Assembly: GCA_045636365.1 (NCBI GenBank) | Contig: JAZTXG010000013.1 | Span: 12,280-76,279 of the forward strand | Direction of reading: 5' to 3' | Length of the DNA: 64,000 nt | Source: Eubacteriales bacterium | Lineage (GTDB): Bacteria > Bacillota > Clostridia > Oscillospirales > QAKW01 | Part shown: piece after piece, positions 10,309-19,105 of the stretch | Position numbering within the stretch: the stretch's first letter is position 1 | Layout of the letters: each line of letters opens with the position of its first letter | Translations under genes and position numbers: made by a program | Notes under the pieces: model-generated | What the model saw: the letters and a program-made list of their open reading frames with translations, nothing else | Told to the model about the DNA's origin: nothing | Databases searched by the model: none

Positions 10309-10617
10309 TCATCGGTTTTTGTTTTTTGCAAATTCAATTAAATCATTTAATTGTTCATCGGTCCAGCCGCGTGTGATATACAATAATTCTTCTTGCTTTT
10401 CGGAATTTTCAGGTTCAAAAAGTAAAAATTCATAGGGAGTAATATCTAAATATTCACAAATTCCGAAAAATTGTGCCATAGAAGGATAGGCATAGCCATT
10501 TTCAATGTTGTAAATATAGTTCTTGGTCATATGTAATTCCAAACTCATTGTTTTGGCATCGACCCCTTTTTTAAAACGCAATTGGCGTAATCTTTTGCGA
10601 AAAAGTTGATTTCTCAT
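10309..10617 (-). CDS. XRE-family helix-turn-helix transcriptional regulator (102 aa)
   Basis: Internal ATG (rc of 10615-10617) gives MRNQLFRKRLRQLRFKKGVDAKTMSLELHMTKNYIYNIENG..., a classic HTH_3. The 311-aa track ORF extends through the upstream repeat array and is rejected. Confidence 0.8.
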   Translation of the reverse strand: MRNQLFRKRLRQLRFKKGVDAKTMSLELHMTKNYIYNIENGYAYPSMAQFFGICEYLDITPYEFLLFEPENSEKQEELLYITRGWTDEQLNDLIEFAKNKNR

Positions 10618-10672
10618 TTTATAAATCCCCTTTCTTTTGAAAAATGTACGAACACCATTCCTTGGAGTATCC

Positions 10673-10851
10673 GTACCAAATGAATTGGTACAGAGCGTTT
10701 CGTTGGTATGGATTGCCGAGTTGCTGTGCCAAATGAATTGGTACAGAATGTTACTTGGTATGGAAGGATGGATTGTTGTGCCAAATGAATTGGTACAGAG
10801 TGTCGCATTGGTGTGAAACGATAGATTACTGTACCAAATGAATTGGTACAG
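10673..10851. repeat. Four tandem 52-53-bp repeats, each with the palindromic core GT(A/G)CCAAATGAATTGGTACAG
   Basis: Core copies start at 10673, 10726, 10778 and 10831. Each has the inverted repeat GTACCAA-n5-TTGGTAC. The spacers share a ttggt(a/g)tg element. Confidence 0.9.
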
Positions 10852-10864
10852 TAAGCAGATGGGA

Positions 10865-11437
10865 TTAGACGGTTTGTTTATTGAATGTTTCCCGGTCTTT
10901 TTGGATTTGCTTTTGGTAGCGGTCTTCTTCGGAATAGATGCAGCCGCAATATTTTTGCATATAGAGTTCCAGCTCCCTTGCCTTTGCCTGCCCTTCGCGG
11001 AAGCGGGGGGCAAAATCATAGTAGCGGAATTCCACACCGTATTTTTTGGCGGCCTTTTCGCCGATTTGGCGGATGAGGTCGTGGTTCTGATAGGGGGAGA
11101 CGGTGAGGGTGGTGGAAAATGCCTGAAAGCCCTGCTCCTTGGCGGTGCGGGCGGTTTCGTCCAACCGCACCGCGTAGCAATAGGCGCAGCGGTTTTGGAT
11201 ATCGTGGCTGACCGCTTGGGTGAATTTTTGCAGCCCGTATTCATCGCGGATGATCAGCGGAAGATCGATGGTTTTGGCATATTCAATTAAGGTATCGCGG
11301 CGGGCTTTATATTCTTGATAGGGATGGATATTGGGGTTATACCAAAATCCGGTGGGGGTGATGCCCTCTTCGGCGAGCTGCTCTAGGCAGGAAACCGAGC
11401 AGGGGGCGCAGCAGATATGTAAAAGAAGCTCGTTCAT
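10865..11437 (-). CDS. queH: Epoxyqueuosine reductase QueH (DUF208)
   Basis: N-terminus MNELLLHICCAPCS plus downstream Cys motifs (CAYCY, YCGCIYSE). GGAGG lies 9 nt upstream of the ATG at 11437. Confidence 0.8.
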   Translation of the reverse strand: MNELLLHICCAPCSVSCLEQLAEEGITPTGFWYNPNIHPYQEYKARRDTLIEYAKTIDLPLIIRDEYGLQKFTQAVSHDIQNRCAYCYAVRLDETARTAKEQGFQAFSTTLTVSPYQNHDLIRQIGEKAAKKYGVEFRYYDFAPRFREGQAKARELELYMQKYCGCIYSEEDRYQKQIQKDRETFNKQTV

Positions 11438-11569
11438 TGATTCTAAACCTCCGATTTGTTTCAATAATTTTAGCATAGATTGGATGGGATTTCAATATTG
11501 ACAAACAGAAAAACCATTGATATAATGAATCCATATTGTCAATGGCAACGAAGGAGAGGATCCTTCATC

Positions 11570-11795
11570 CAAGCGCAAAGCAGAGAATCGGCGGGTGGTG
11601 CGAGCCGATGAGCGGGCGGGTGAAACGGTCTATGGCTCCGGAGCCGGAATGTTCGATAGGTAGGGCATTCCCGAAGCCGCCGCGTTAAGGCGTTGGAGGG
11701 GCGTTTTTTATAAAGGCGCAACTTGAGTGGTACCGCGGAATGTTTCGTCTCAAGGCAATGCTATGCCTTGGGGCGTGTTCTTTTTGAAAGGAGAA
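11570..11795 (+). promoter_or_regulatory. T-box leader upstream of metY-metA
   Basis: Stem-I element cAGAGAatcggcgGGTGGTGCGAGccgat, T-box core cttgAGTGGTACCGCGG (about 11722-11738), then hairpin ccaaggca/tgccttgg followed by ttcttttt. ggAAUGu lies in the candidate specifier region. Confidence 0.75.
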
Positions 11796-11800
11796 CTAAA

Positions 11801-13084
11801 ATGAGCAATTTCAAGATTGAAACCAAATGTGTGCAGGGTGGTTATACCCCCGGCAATGGGGAGCCCCGCCAGGTGCCCATCATTCAAAGCACCACCTTTA
11901 AATATGCGTCCAGCGACGATATGGGCAAGCTTTTTGATTTGGAAGCCAGCGGCTATTTCTATTCCCGCTTGCAGAATCCCACCTGTGATACGGTGGCAGC
12001 CAAGATCTGCGAAATGGAGGGTGGCTCTGCCGCGATGCTGACCGGCTCGGGTCAGGCGGCATCCTTCTTCTCTGTTTTTAATATTGCAGGAATCGGTGAC
12101 CATGTGGTTGCCAGCGCAGCCATCTATGGCGGCACCTATAACCTTTTTGCTGTCACCATGAAGCGGATGGGGATTGAATTCACCTTCGTTTCCCCCGATT
12201 GCTCCGATGAGGAATTGGAAGCGGCCTTCCGCCCCAATACCAAGGCGGTCTTTGGCGAGACCATCGCCAACCCTGCCCTGAATGTTTTGGATATCGAGCG
12301 GTTTGCCAATGCCGCCCATGCCCATGGGGTTCCCCTCATTATCGATAACACCTTTGCCACTCCCGTCAACTGCCGTCCCATCGAATGGGGTGCCGATATC
12401 GTCACCCATTCCACCACCAAATATATGGATGGTCATGGTTCTGCGGTGGGCGGTTGCATTGTGGATGCCGGCAAATTTGATTGGACCAAATATCCCGAGA
12501 AATTCCCCGGTCTTTGCACCCCCGATGATAGCTATCATGGGGTCACCTATACCGAGCGGTTTGGTCTGGAAGGGGCTTTTATTACCAAAGCCACCGCGCA
12601 GCTGATGCGGGATTTAGGCTGTGTGCAATCCCCCCAGAGCGCATATCTTTTGAATCTGGGTTTGGAGAGCCTGCATGTGCGGATGGAGCGCCATTGCGCC
12701 AATGCCCAAAAGATTGCGGAATATTTGAGTGACCACGAAAAAATCGGCTGGGTGCGCTACCCCGGTCTGCCCGGCGATGCCGAATATGAGCGGGCGCAGA
12801 AATACCTGCCCAACGGCAGCTGCGGCGTTATCAGCTTCGGGGTCAAGGGCGGCAAGGAAGCAGCTGCCAAATTTATGGCGGGCTTAAAGATTGCTGCCAT
12901 CGAAACCCATGTGGCGGATGCCAGAAGCTGCTGCCTCCATCCCGCCACCGCCACCCATCGCCAGATGAGCGAAGAGGAACTGGTCGCCTGCGGCATTTCC
13001 GGCGATCTGGTGCGCTTTTCGGTTGGTCTGGAGAATGCCGACGATCTCATCGCCGATATTGAAAATGCCTTGAAGGCAGTTTGA
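11801..13084 (+). CDS. metY: O-acetylhomoserine sulfhydrylase (PLP-dependent)
   Basis: ATG at 11801 follows AAAGGAG. MSNFKIETKCVQGGY... and the HSTTKYMDGHG lysine motif are typical of the Cys/Met-metabolism PLP family. Confidence 0.9.
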   Translation: MSNFKIETKCVQGGYTPGNGEPRQVPIIQSTTFKYASSDDMGKLFDLEASGYFYSRLQNPTCDTVAAKICEMEGGSAAMLTGSGQAASFFSVFNIAGIGDHVVASAAIYGGTYNLFAVTMKRMGIEFTFVSPDCSDEELEAAFRPNTKAVFGETIANPALNVLDIERFANAAHAHGVPLIIDNTFATPVNCRPIEWGADIVTHSTTKYMDGHGSAVGGCIVDAGKFDWTKYPEKFPGLCTPDDSYHGVTYTERFGLEGAFITKATAQLMRDLGCVQSPQSAYLLNLGLESLHVRMERHCANAQKIAEYLSDHEKIGWVRYPGLPGDAEYERAQKYLPNGSCGVISFGVKGGKEAAAKFMAGLKIAAIETHVADARSCCLHPATATHRQMSEEELVACGISGDLVRFSVGLENADDLIADIENALKAV

Positions 13085-13117
13085 TTTTTATCAAGAAAAT
13101 GAAAGGAGGGAATCCCC

Positions 13118-14035
13118 ATGCCCATTAAAATTCCAAACGGTCTGCCGGCGGCAGAAACCTTGCGAAAAGAGAATATTTTCGTTATGACCGAGCAGAGAGC
13201 GACCACCCAGGAGATTCGCCCCCTGCAGATTCTGCTTTTGAATCTGATGCCCAAAAAAATCGAGACCGAGACCCAGCTTTCCCGCCTTTTGGGAAATACT
13301 CCCTTGCAGGTGGAATTGGAGCTGATCCATACCAAGAGCCACCAATCTAAAAACACCTCGCCCGAGCATATGCTCGCCTTCTATAAGACCTTCGACGATG
13401 TGAAGCACCGCAATTTCGACGGTATGATCATCACCGGCGCGCCGGTGGAGCAGATGCCCTTTGAGCAGGTGGAATATTGGGAAGAACTCTGCGAGATTAT
13501 GGAATGGAGCAAGACCCATGTCCAAAGCACCTTCCATATCTGCTGGGGCGCGCAGGCGGGGCTTTATTACCATTTTGGAATCGATAAAGAGCCGCTGCCC
13601 GAAAAAATGTTTGGTATCTTCCCCCATAAGGTGGATTATAAGCGGTCGATTTTGTTCCGCGGGTTTGACGATACCTTTATGGTCCCTCATTCGCGGCATA
13701 CAACGGTACGGCGGGAGCTGATTGAAGCGGAGCCTGCCTTGAAAATTCTGGCTTCCTCCGAAGAGGCGGGGGTCTACGCCATTACCACCAAAAAAGGGCG
13801 GCAAATTTTTATCACCGGCCATTCGGAATACGATGCGCTGACCTTGGATGCGGAATATCGCCGCGATCTTTCCCAAGGGAAACCCATCCAAATTCCCCAA
13901 AATTATTACCCCGGCGACGACCCGAAAAAGAAGCCCAAGGTCTCTTGGCGCAGCTGCGCCAATTTGCTCTACAGTAATTGGCTGAACTACTTTGTATATC
14001 AGACCACACCTTACGATTTGAGCAAGTTAAAATAG
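13118..14035 (+). CDS. metA: Homoserine O-acyltransferase (MetA family)
   Basis: 305 aa. [11 protein letters not shown]..., [10 protein letters not shown] and HICWGAQA match MetA. Confidence 0.9.
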   Translation: MPIKIPNGLPAAETLRKENIFVMTEQRATTQEIRPLQILLLNLMPKKIETETQLSRLLGNTPLQVELELIHTKSHQSKNTSPEHMLAFYKTFDDVKHRNFDGMIITGAPVEQMPFEQVEYWEELCEIMEWSKTHVQSTFHICWGAQAGLYYHFGIDKEPLPEKMFGIFPHKVDYKRSILFRGFDDTFMVPHSRHTTVRRELIEAEPALKILASSEEAGVYAITTKKGRQIFITGHSEYDALTLDAEYRRDLSQGKPIQIPQNYYPGDDPKKKPKVSWRSCANLLYSNWLNYFVYQTTPYDLSKLK

Positions 14036-14040
14036 CATAA

Positions 14041-14075
14041 AAAACAGCGGTTTTTGATAAAACCGCTGTTTTTTG
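14041..14075 (+). terminator. Rho-independent terminator after metA
   Basis: Stem aacagcggtt/aaccgctgtt followed by tttttt. Confidence 0.8.
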
Positions 14076-14200
14076 ATAGCTGCATCAAAAGAACGCAAAA
14101 ATTCAAAGAAATTTATGCAAAGAACACAAAAAAATAAAGGAAATTATATTTAATATATTTTATAATAATTATAGAAAATTATAAGATGGGGTGAAATACT

Positions 14201-15964
14201 GTGTACAAACGAATCGTGGGATCCATTTTGATCGGAGCGATGGCGCTTTCGATGCTCGCCGGCTGTAAGGCCGCTGACGAGGATGCCCTTTTGGACTATG
14301 GCGGAAGCGGGCAGTTCGGGCAGGACGATGAAACCGATAATAATGGACTGAATGATTTTGATGCAAACCAAGGAGAAGCAAATTCCAATGACTCCGATGA
14401 TTCTGCGGATGATGAAAATCAAAGCGGCGGGCAGAGCAATACGCCTGCGGGCAATCAAGGCTCCGATACCGATAAGCCGAATGGCGGTCAAAATCAGAAT
14501 GGCCCCTCGGGCGGGAGCAACCAAGAAAGCTCCAGCGGTGAATTGAAAGAGACCTTCAACGGCGGCAAGCCCATCAGCGTTGCCGCAGGGGAGACGGTCT
14601 GGTACGGCCCCGCCTCCCCCGCCCAAAAGGAGCAGCTGACCTTTACCGATAAATCGGGCAATGAAACCAAGGTAAGTGCCGACCAGCTGCAAAAGGTCGA
14701 GGCCTTCAATAACGGCTATGTCATTTATTCCTATAAAGCGGCGGCCGCGGGCAGTGTTACCCTGCAGATTCCTGAAGCATATAAAGATTTGTTCCTCGCC
14801 TCTAAGGATGCGATGAATATAAATGCTTATTACACCCATTGGGATAATGTGAAAGACCGCAATCTTTATGTGGAAAGTCTGGATAAATCCTCCAAGCAGA
14901 TTGGGCCCGACGGCAAGCTTGAAAATGCCGAGCAGAGCACCGCGATGCACGCCATCCCCGTCAAGAAAGGCGACACGCTGACCATCGCGCCGGTCGCAGC
15001 ATCGGCTCTGGTGCAGGGCTGCGGCTACGATGCGAAGATGAAACCTGTCGAGGTCTTTAACGGCTACGATATGAAGGAAGCTTTTGTCTTCCCCCAAGGA
15101 AAGCGGGCATATACATATACCGTGCCTGCGGGCGTGTCGTTTGTTCGTTTTAATGTTCCCGAAGAAGAACGGGATACCTTCCTGGTGATAAAGAATAAAG
15201 AGTTCGACCAGAACTATTACACCCGCATCACTAAGGTGAAAGCGGATGATGTAGGCGATCCTCTTTTTGAAAAAGAATGTCTGTTTGTGGGCGATTCCCT
15301 CTGCGCGGCATCGCAGGACGATAAGGTCGATGGTCTGCGCGGCTGGGCGCGGCGAGTCAAGGAACTCTCCGGTGCCATCAGCACCAATGCCGGCCGTGGC
15401 GGTTCGGCAATGTCGACCTGCCGCATGAGCAATAAAGACGCCACCGAATATCACACCATCTATAAGCAAATAACAAGATTTCCGGGTACCGCCTATGATT
15501 ATATCCTGATCGAGGGCGGCACCAACGACGCTTGGGAGACTGCCCCGATCGGCAAGGTCTCGAAAGGGTTTGACCCCATCGAGTTTGATATGACCACCTA
15601 TGCCGGCGGCTTGGAGATGGCGATCTACACCGCCATTACCGAATACGGCGATACCGCGGCGATCGGCTATCTGATGACCTTCCAGATGCCCCGCAATAAG
15701 CACGGTGTTGTCGCCACCGGGATGAACGATTACTACACTGTGGGCAAAGAGATCTGCAAAAAGTGGAACATCTCTTATTTCGATATGTATAACCATACCG
15801 AGATCAATAAGAAATTGAACCCGGAAGGTACCGAGCACGTGCCGGACGGCACCCACGCCGATGCCAGTGGCTACGATATTTTAGGCCCCTACATTACCGA
15901 TTATATGCGTTCGATGACTCCTGTGACCCAAAAGGTGCGGGATGAATTGGCAGCTATTAAATAA
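14201..15964 (+). CDS. Lipoprotein with low-complexity linker, beta-sandwich-like module and C-terminal SGNH/GDSL hydrolase domain
   Basis: GTG start. Lipobox MLAGC, a D/N/S/G-rich linker, and SGNH blocks FVGDSLCAA, NAGRGGSAMS, LIEGGTNDAW and DGTHADASGY. Confidence 0.8.
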   Translation: MYKRIVGSILIGAMALSMLAGCKAADEDALLDYGGSGQFGQDDETDNNGLNDFDANQGEANSNDSDDSADDENQSGGQSNTPAGNQGSDTDKPNGGQNQNGPSGGSNQESSSGELKETFNGGKPISVAAGETVWYGPASPAQKEQLTFTDKSGNETKVSADQLQKVEAFNNGYVIYSYKAAAAGSVTLQIPEAYKDLFLASKDAMNINAYYTHWDNVKDRNLYVESLDKSSKQIGPDGKLENAEQSTAMHAIPVKKGDTLTIAPVAASALVQGCGYDAKMKPVEVFNGYDMKEAFVFPQGKRAYTYTVPAGVSFVRFNVPEEERDTFLVIKNKEFDQNYYTRITKVKADDVGDPLFEKECLFVGDSLCAASQDDKVDGLRGWARRVKELSGAISTNAGRGGSAMSTCRMSNKDATEYHTIYKQITRFPGTAYDYILIEGGTNDAWETAPIGKVSKGFDPIEFDMTTYAGGLEMAIYTAITEYGDTAAIGYLMTFQMPRNKHGVVATGMNDYYTVGKEICKKWNISYFDMYNHTEINKKLNPEGTEHVPDGTHADASGYDILGPYITDYMRSMTPVTQKVRDELAAIK

Positions 15965-15978
15965 AGGAGAACCAAACG

Positions 15979-18900
15979 ATGAACAGAAAAGCAATTTCAA
16001 TTTTGGCAATTCTTGCAATGCTCTGCACAATGTTTGTTTTCGCGATGCCTACCACCGCGGAGACGACAGAGCTGGCATTGGACTTTCCCAAGTATGCGGA
16101 CCACGCTGCTCACCCCAACCAAAAAGAGTGGCTCATCAAAGACGCTGCAGACTGGAAAGCAATGATGGCAACCGCCGATGCGACGGCGGAAGGTGGGGAA
16201 TATTTCAAAGGCGTCACCTTCCACTTGACCGGCGATGTTGATTTTTCCGATACCGAATGGCTGGCTCCGATGGGCGATGGAAGATATTTCAGCGGTACCA
16301 TCAACGGCCACGGCTATGGCTTTAATGACCTGAAAATTTATGAAGGCGACCAATTTGATGCCACCTATGCGGCGGCGGATACAGACGGCGGAACCGGTAT
16401 GTTCCAGCTGTTGGGCGACTGTAGCTTTATTGATTTCGGTGTCAACAGCGGCAGCGTTGTCCGCGCTGTCGGCGGCGCCAGAACTGCTCCCACCACCTTC
16501 GGCGGTCTGAAAGATGGCTATAAACCCACCTTTACCCGCGTCTGGTCCGGCATGACCTTGCGCCATACCGGCACCGGTTTTGTTTCTGCTTTGGCGATCC
16601 CTGCCGATGGTGATTATTCGAATGATATCGCAGTAAACGGCTTTGTCTTCGACGGCAAGATCTCCACAACTAAAAGAACCACCTATTCCGTGATCGGCTG
16701 GGGGCAAGCAGATACCCGGACAATGGGAGGCACCCTTAAATATACCAACATTATTACCGATGCGCAGCTGTATACCAACGATGCTACCCCGAAGTATCCG
16801 CAACTGAACGGAGCAAACTCCTTGGCTGCGAGCGCGAAGAACGTTCCCGGAGAGGCGATTGCCACCGCGTACTATAGCACACTGTTCGGTTCCATCTCTA
16901 CTTCGCAGATAAATAAATCTGTCTTTGAGAATCTCTATACCGTTTCTTATCCGAATGTTACAGCATATATGGGCAGAGGAGGCGAGACCCGCACCGCTGA
17001 CCCCACAATGATGGCAAACTCCGCCCTCGAAGCAGCATGGACTGCCAATAAGAATCCTTCGAAAAAGGTAGAAGCGGTCTACTTTACCTTGAAGAACGGC
17101 AAGATCCGCCCGGTTGCTGAAAATACCAATATGATCGTCAAGGTCACCCTGACCGGAGATGTCGATCGGGAATATTTCCTCAACGCCAACACCGAATACG
17201 ATCTGGCAGCAACCTTCGGCAAGAAGAATCTCCAGACCTTTGCAATCAAAGAAGGCTCTTTGAGCAGCATCAGCGGCGATAAGCTCTCTTTGGGTAAAGA
17301 GGATGTTGTCATCGAAGTGACTGCCGACTGCACCCATACCGGCAGCACTGTCACCAAGGGTGCGAACGCAAATGAGCATACCAGAGTCTGCGCGCTCTGC
17401 GGTTATGATAAAGTAGAGACCTGCGCGGCGCTGCAAAACTGCACCATTAACGCCATCACCGAAGAGCAACTTGCCAAAGGTGAAGCGGCGACCCATAGCG
17501 GTACCTGCGATTCTTGCGGTGAATCGTTCACCATACCTTGCGCAGTAACCTATGTCCAATCCGCAGAGAAAAATGCAGACGCGTATTGGGATTATTCCGC
17601 TTGCCCCTGCGGCAGAGAAAATGTGTCCCATAGCGGCACTGCGCTCGTCTCCGGCGGCGACGCTACCGGCGATAATAAGATTGACCTGCTGGACGCGGTC
17701 CAGATTTTGAAGAAAGCCGTTCAACAGGATGTGAACATCAAGCTGCGCAATGCGGATGTGGATGGCGATAACGCGATCCAACCGATGGACGCCCTGCTGG
17801 CGATTCGCATCTGGTTCGGCAATAGAAATGCTATCACAACAGCAGAGGCGACAGAACAGCGCCTCAATGCGAACCTTTATGATTCCAACGCAGTATCCCA
17901 TAAAAACTTGAAGATGGATGGTACCGAAGGGAATGTGGCCGGCTATGTGGTCACCGATCCCATCGCAGTCCATGCGGGCGAGAAGCTCTCCTTCGGTCCG
18001 GTCCGCTTGAGCGCTCCGGTCATGGGCTACTTCTACGATGCAGAGGGCAACCCCCTGCAGTTGATCAACCATACCAACGTAAAGATAGAATATACCTTTG
18101 AAGAGGGTAAGGCGCTGGTCAGCATCGATGTCCCCGCAAATGCAGAAACTGTCCGTTTCCAGATGGCAACGGAAGAAAAAGAACAGTTCTATCTCCGCGT
18201 CAATACCGCGATCACAGGGATGGACTATGAAAACCGTTTTGAAGGCAAGGTTGAAAATCCCTTAAAGAACAGAACCTTCCTGACCGTCGGCGACTCTCTC
18301 TGCGCCGCTGCCAACGATGCCTATGTCGGCAACGACGAAATTGGTTATATTAAGGGCTGGGCGCGCCGTATCCGCGATACCTTCGGCGCAAAGGTGACCA
18401 ACTCCGCCAAAGGCGGCTCGACTCTTTCTACTGCAGCTTGGAAGGCAGAGGCGGCCGGCGGTTCTAATACACATTATATTTTCGGCCAGCTGAACCAGCA
18501 TAGCGGGGTAAAGAACTTCGATTATATCCTGCTGGAGGGCGGCGTCAACGATCACAGAATTCATAATACGTTGAGTCAGACGCAACCTTCTAAATATTTG
18601 GAGGCACCGATTGGAGAAATTGTGGAAGATTCCTACGATCCTGCCGACTTTGCTCCCGAAAACACCCTGGCGGGCGGTATGGAGCGGCTGATCTATAAGG
18701 CGATTAAAGATCACGGCGACACCGCGGCCCTTGGCTATATTGCTCTTTATAGAATGTCTACCAGCACAAGCGGTTTCGATAATGCCAAAGGCCATCTGGA
18801 TATGGCAAAGCGGATCTGCGATAAATGGGGCATCCCGTATGTAGATTTCTATAATGAGCCGATCGAGGGCTTTAATCCGGCTGCAGGCGTGCACACTTCC

Positions 18901-19044
18901 GATGATTGCCATGCACTTGCCGAGGGTTACGATCTGATGCAACCTCGAATCAATGAACTTTGCCTCGAAATGAGACCCGTCTCGAAGGAAATCTACGACA
19001 TAGTTCAGCAAACAGAATTGGTGAATACAGAATTAGTGGGTTAA
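15979..19044 (+). CDS. Secreted multidomain protein: N-terminal domain, Cys-rich module, internal dockerin, ~110-aa module, SGNH hydrolase
   Basis: 1021 aa. Signal peptide MNRKAISILAILAMLCTMFVFAMPTTAE and the GTINGHGYGF motif. Ten Cys between 17329 and about 17630. SGNH blocks TVGDSLCAAA, LLEGGVNDH and DDCHALAEGY. Confidence 0.8.
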   Translation: MNRKAISILAILAMLCTMFVFAMPTTAETTELALDFPKYADHAAHPNQKEWLIKDAADWKAMMATADATAEGGEYFKGVTFHLTGDVDFSDTEWLAPMGDGRYFSGTINGHGYGFNDLKIYEGDQFDATYAAADTDGGTGMFQLLGDCSFIDFGVNSGSVVRAVGGARTAPTTFGGLKDGYKPTFTRVWSGMTLRHTGTGFVSALAIPADGDYSNDIAVNGFVFDGKISTTKRTTYSVIGWGQADTRTMGGTLKYTNIITDAQLYTNDATPKYPQLNGANSLAASAKNVPGEAIATAYYSTLFGSISTSQINKSVFENLYTVSYPNVTAYMGRGGETRTADPTMMANSALEAAWTANKNPSKKVEAVYFTLKNGKIRPVAENTNMIVKVTLTGDVDREYFLNANTEYDLAATFGKKNLQTFAIKEGSLSSISGDKLSLGKEDVVIEVTADCTHTGSTVTKGANANEHTRVCALCGYDKVETCAALQNCTINAITEEQLAKGEAATHSGTCDSCGESFTIPCAVTYVQSAEKNADAYWDYSACPCGRENVSHSGTALVSGGDATGDNKIDLLDAVQILKKAVQQDVNIKLRNADVDGDNAIQPMDALLAIRIWFGNRNAITTAEATEQRLNANLYDSNAVSHKNLKMDGTEGNVAGYVVTDPIAVHAGEKLSFGPVRLSAPVMGYFYDAEGNPLQLINHTNVKIEYTFEEGKALVSIDVPANAETVRFQMATEEKEQFYLRVNTAITGMDYENRFEGKVENPLKNRTFLTVGDSLCAAANDAYVGNDEIGYIKGWARRIRDTFGAKVTNSAKGGSTLSTAAWKAEAAGGSNTHYIFGQLNQHSGVKNFDYILLEGGVNDHRIHNTLSQTQPSKYLEAPIGEIVEDSYDPADFAPENTLAGGMERLIYKAIKDHGDTAALGYIALYRMSTSTSGFDNAKGHLDMAKRICDKWGIPYVDFYNEPIEGFNPAAGVHTSDDCHALAEGYDLMQPRINELCLEMRPVSKEIYDIVQQTELVNTELVG
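17656..17820 (+). other. Type-I-like dockerin module (internal) of the 15979-19044 protein
   Basis: Two Ca-binding-type repeats: GDATGDNKIDLLDAVQILK and ADVDGDNAIQPMDALLAIR. Confidence 0.7.
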
Positions 19045-19052
19045 ACACTCGA

Positions 19053-19083
19053 GCAAGGGGGAGGCTTCCCGCCTCCCCCTTGC
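19053..19083 (+). other. GC-rich stem-loop after the 15979-19044 gene (weak or no U-tract)
   Basis: Stem gcaagggggaggc/gcctcccccttgc with a 5-nt loop. The downstream sequence ccggactatttt is not a clean U-run. Confidence 0.6.
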
Positions 19084-19105
19084 CGGACTATTTTAGGATA
19101 AAACG

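Noticed and set aside
10673-10851. Possible mini-CRISPR array (21-nt repeats, ~32-nt spacers)
   Set aside because: The repeat is too short. The spacers are themselves partially conserved (shared ttggt(a/g)tg element). There are only four units and no cas genes in the window. It fits a tandem repeat or operator array better.
10309-11244. 311-aa minus-strand ORF from the track
   Set aside because: Only its last 102 codons form a coherent XRE HTH protein with its own ATG. The upstream part reads through the four tandem DNA repeats (giving the repeated peptide LYQFIW) and overlaps queH out of frame. It is low-complexity P/S/T/K-rich.
11723-11800. Upstream TTG/ATG-extended start of metY (453-aa version)
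   Set aside because: The extension overlaps the T-box core and terminator. The ATG at 11801 has a proper AAAGGAG RBS and gives the conserved N-terminus.
14150-18072. Very long antisense ORFs (568 aa at 14150-15856 and 691 aa at 15997-18072, both minus strand). Similar ones occur at 22153-23091 and 24575-26152.
   Set aside because: They lie opposite genes with clear domain content (signal peptides, dockerin, SGNH blocks). Their translations are low-complexity, lack RBS context and lack any recognisable motif. They are shadow ORFs caused by codon bias.
19053-19083. Hairpin as a strong intrinsic terminator isolating gene 19106
   Set aside because: The 13-bp GC-rich stem is clear, but the 3' tail (ccggactatttt) is not a contiguous U-tract. 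It is kept as a stem-loop of uncertain strength rather than a confident terminator.
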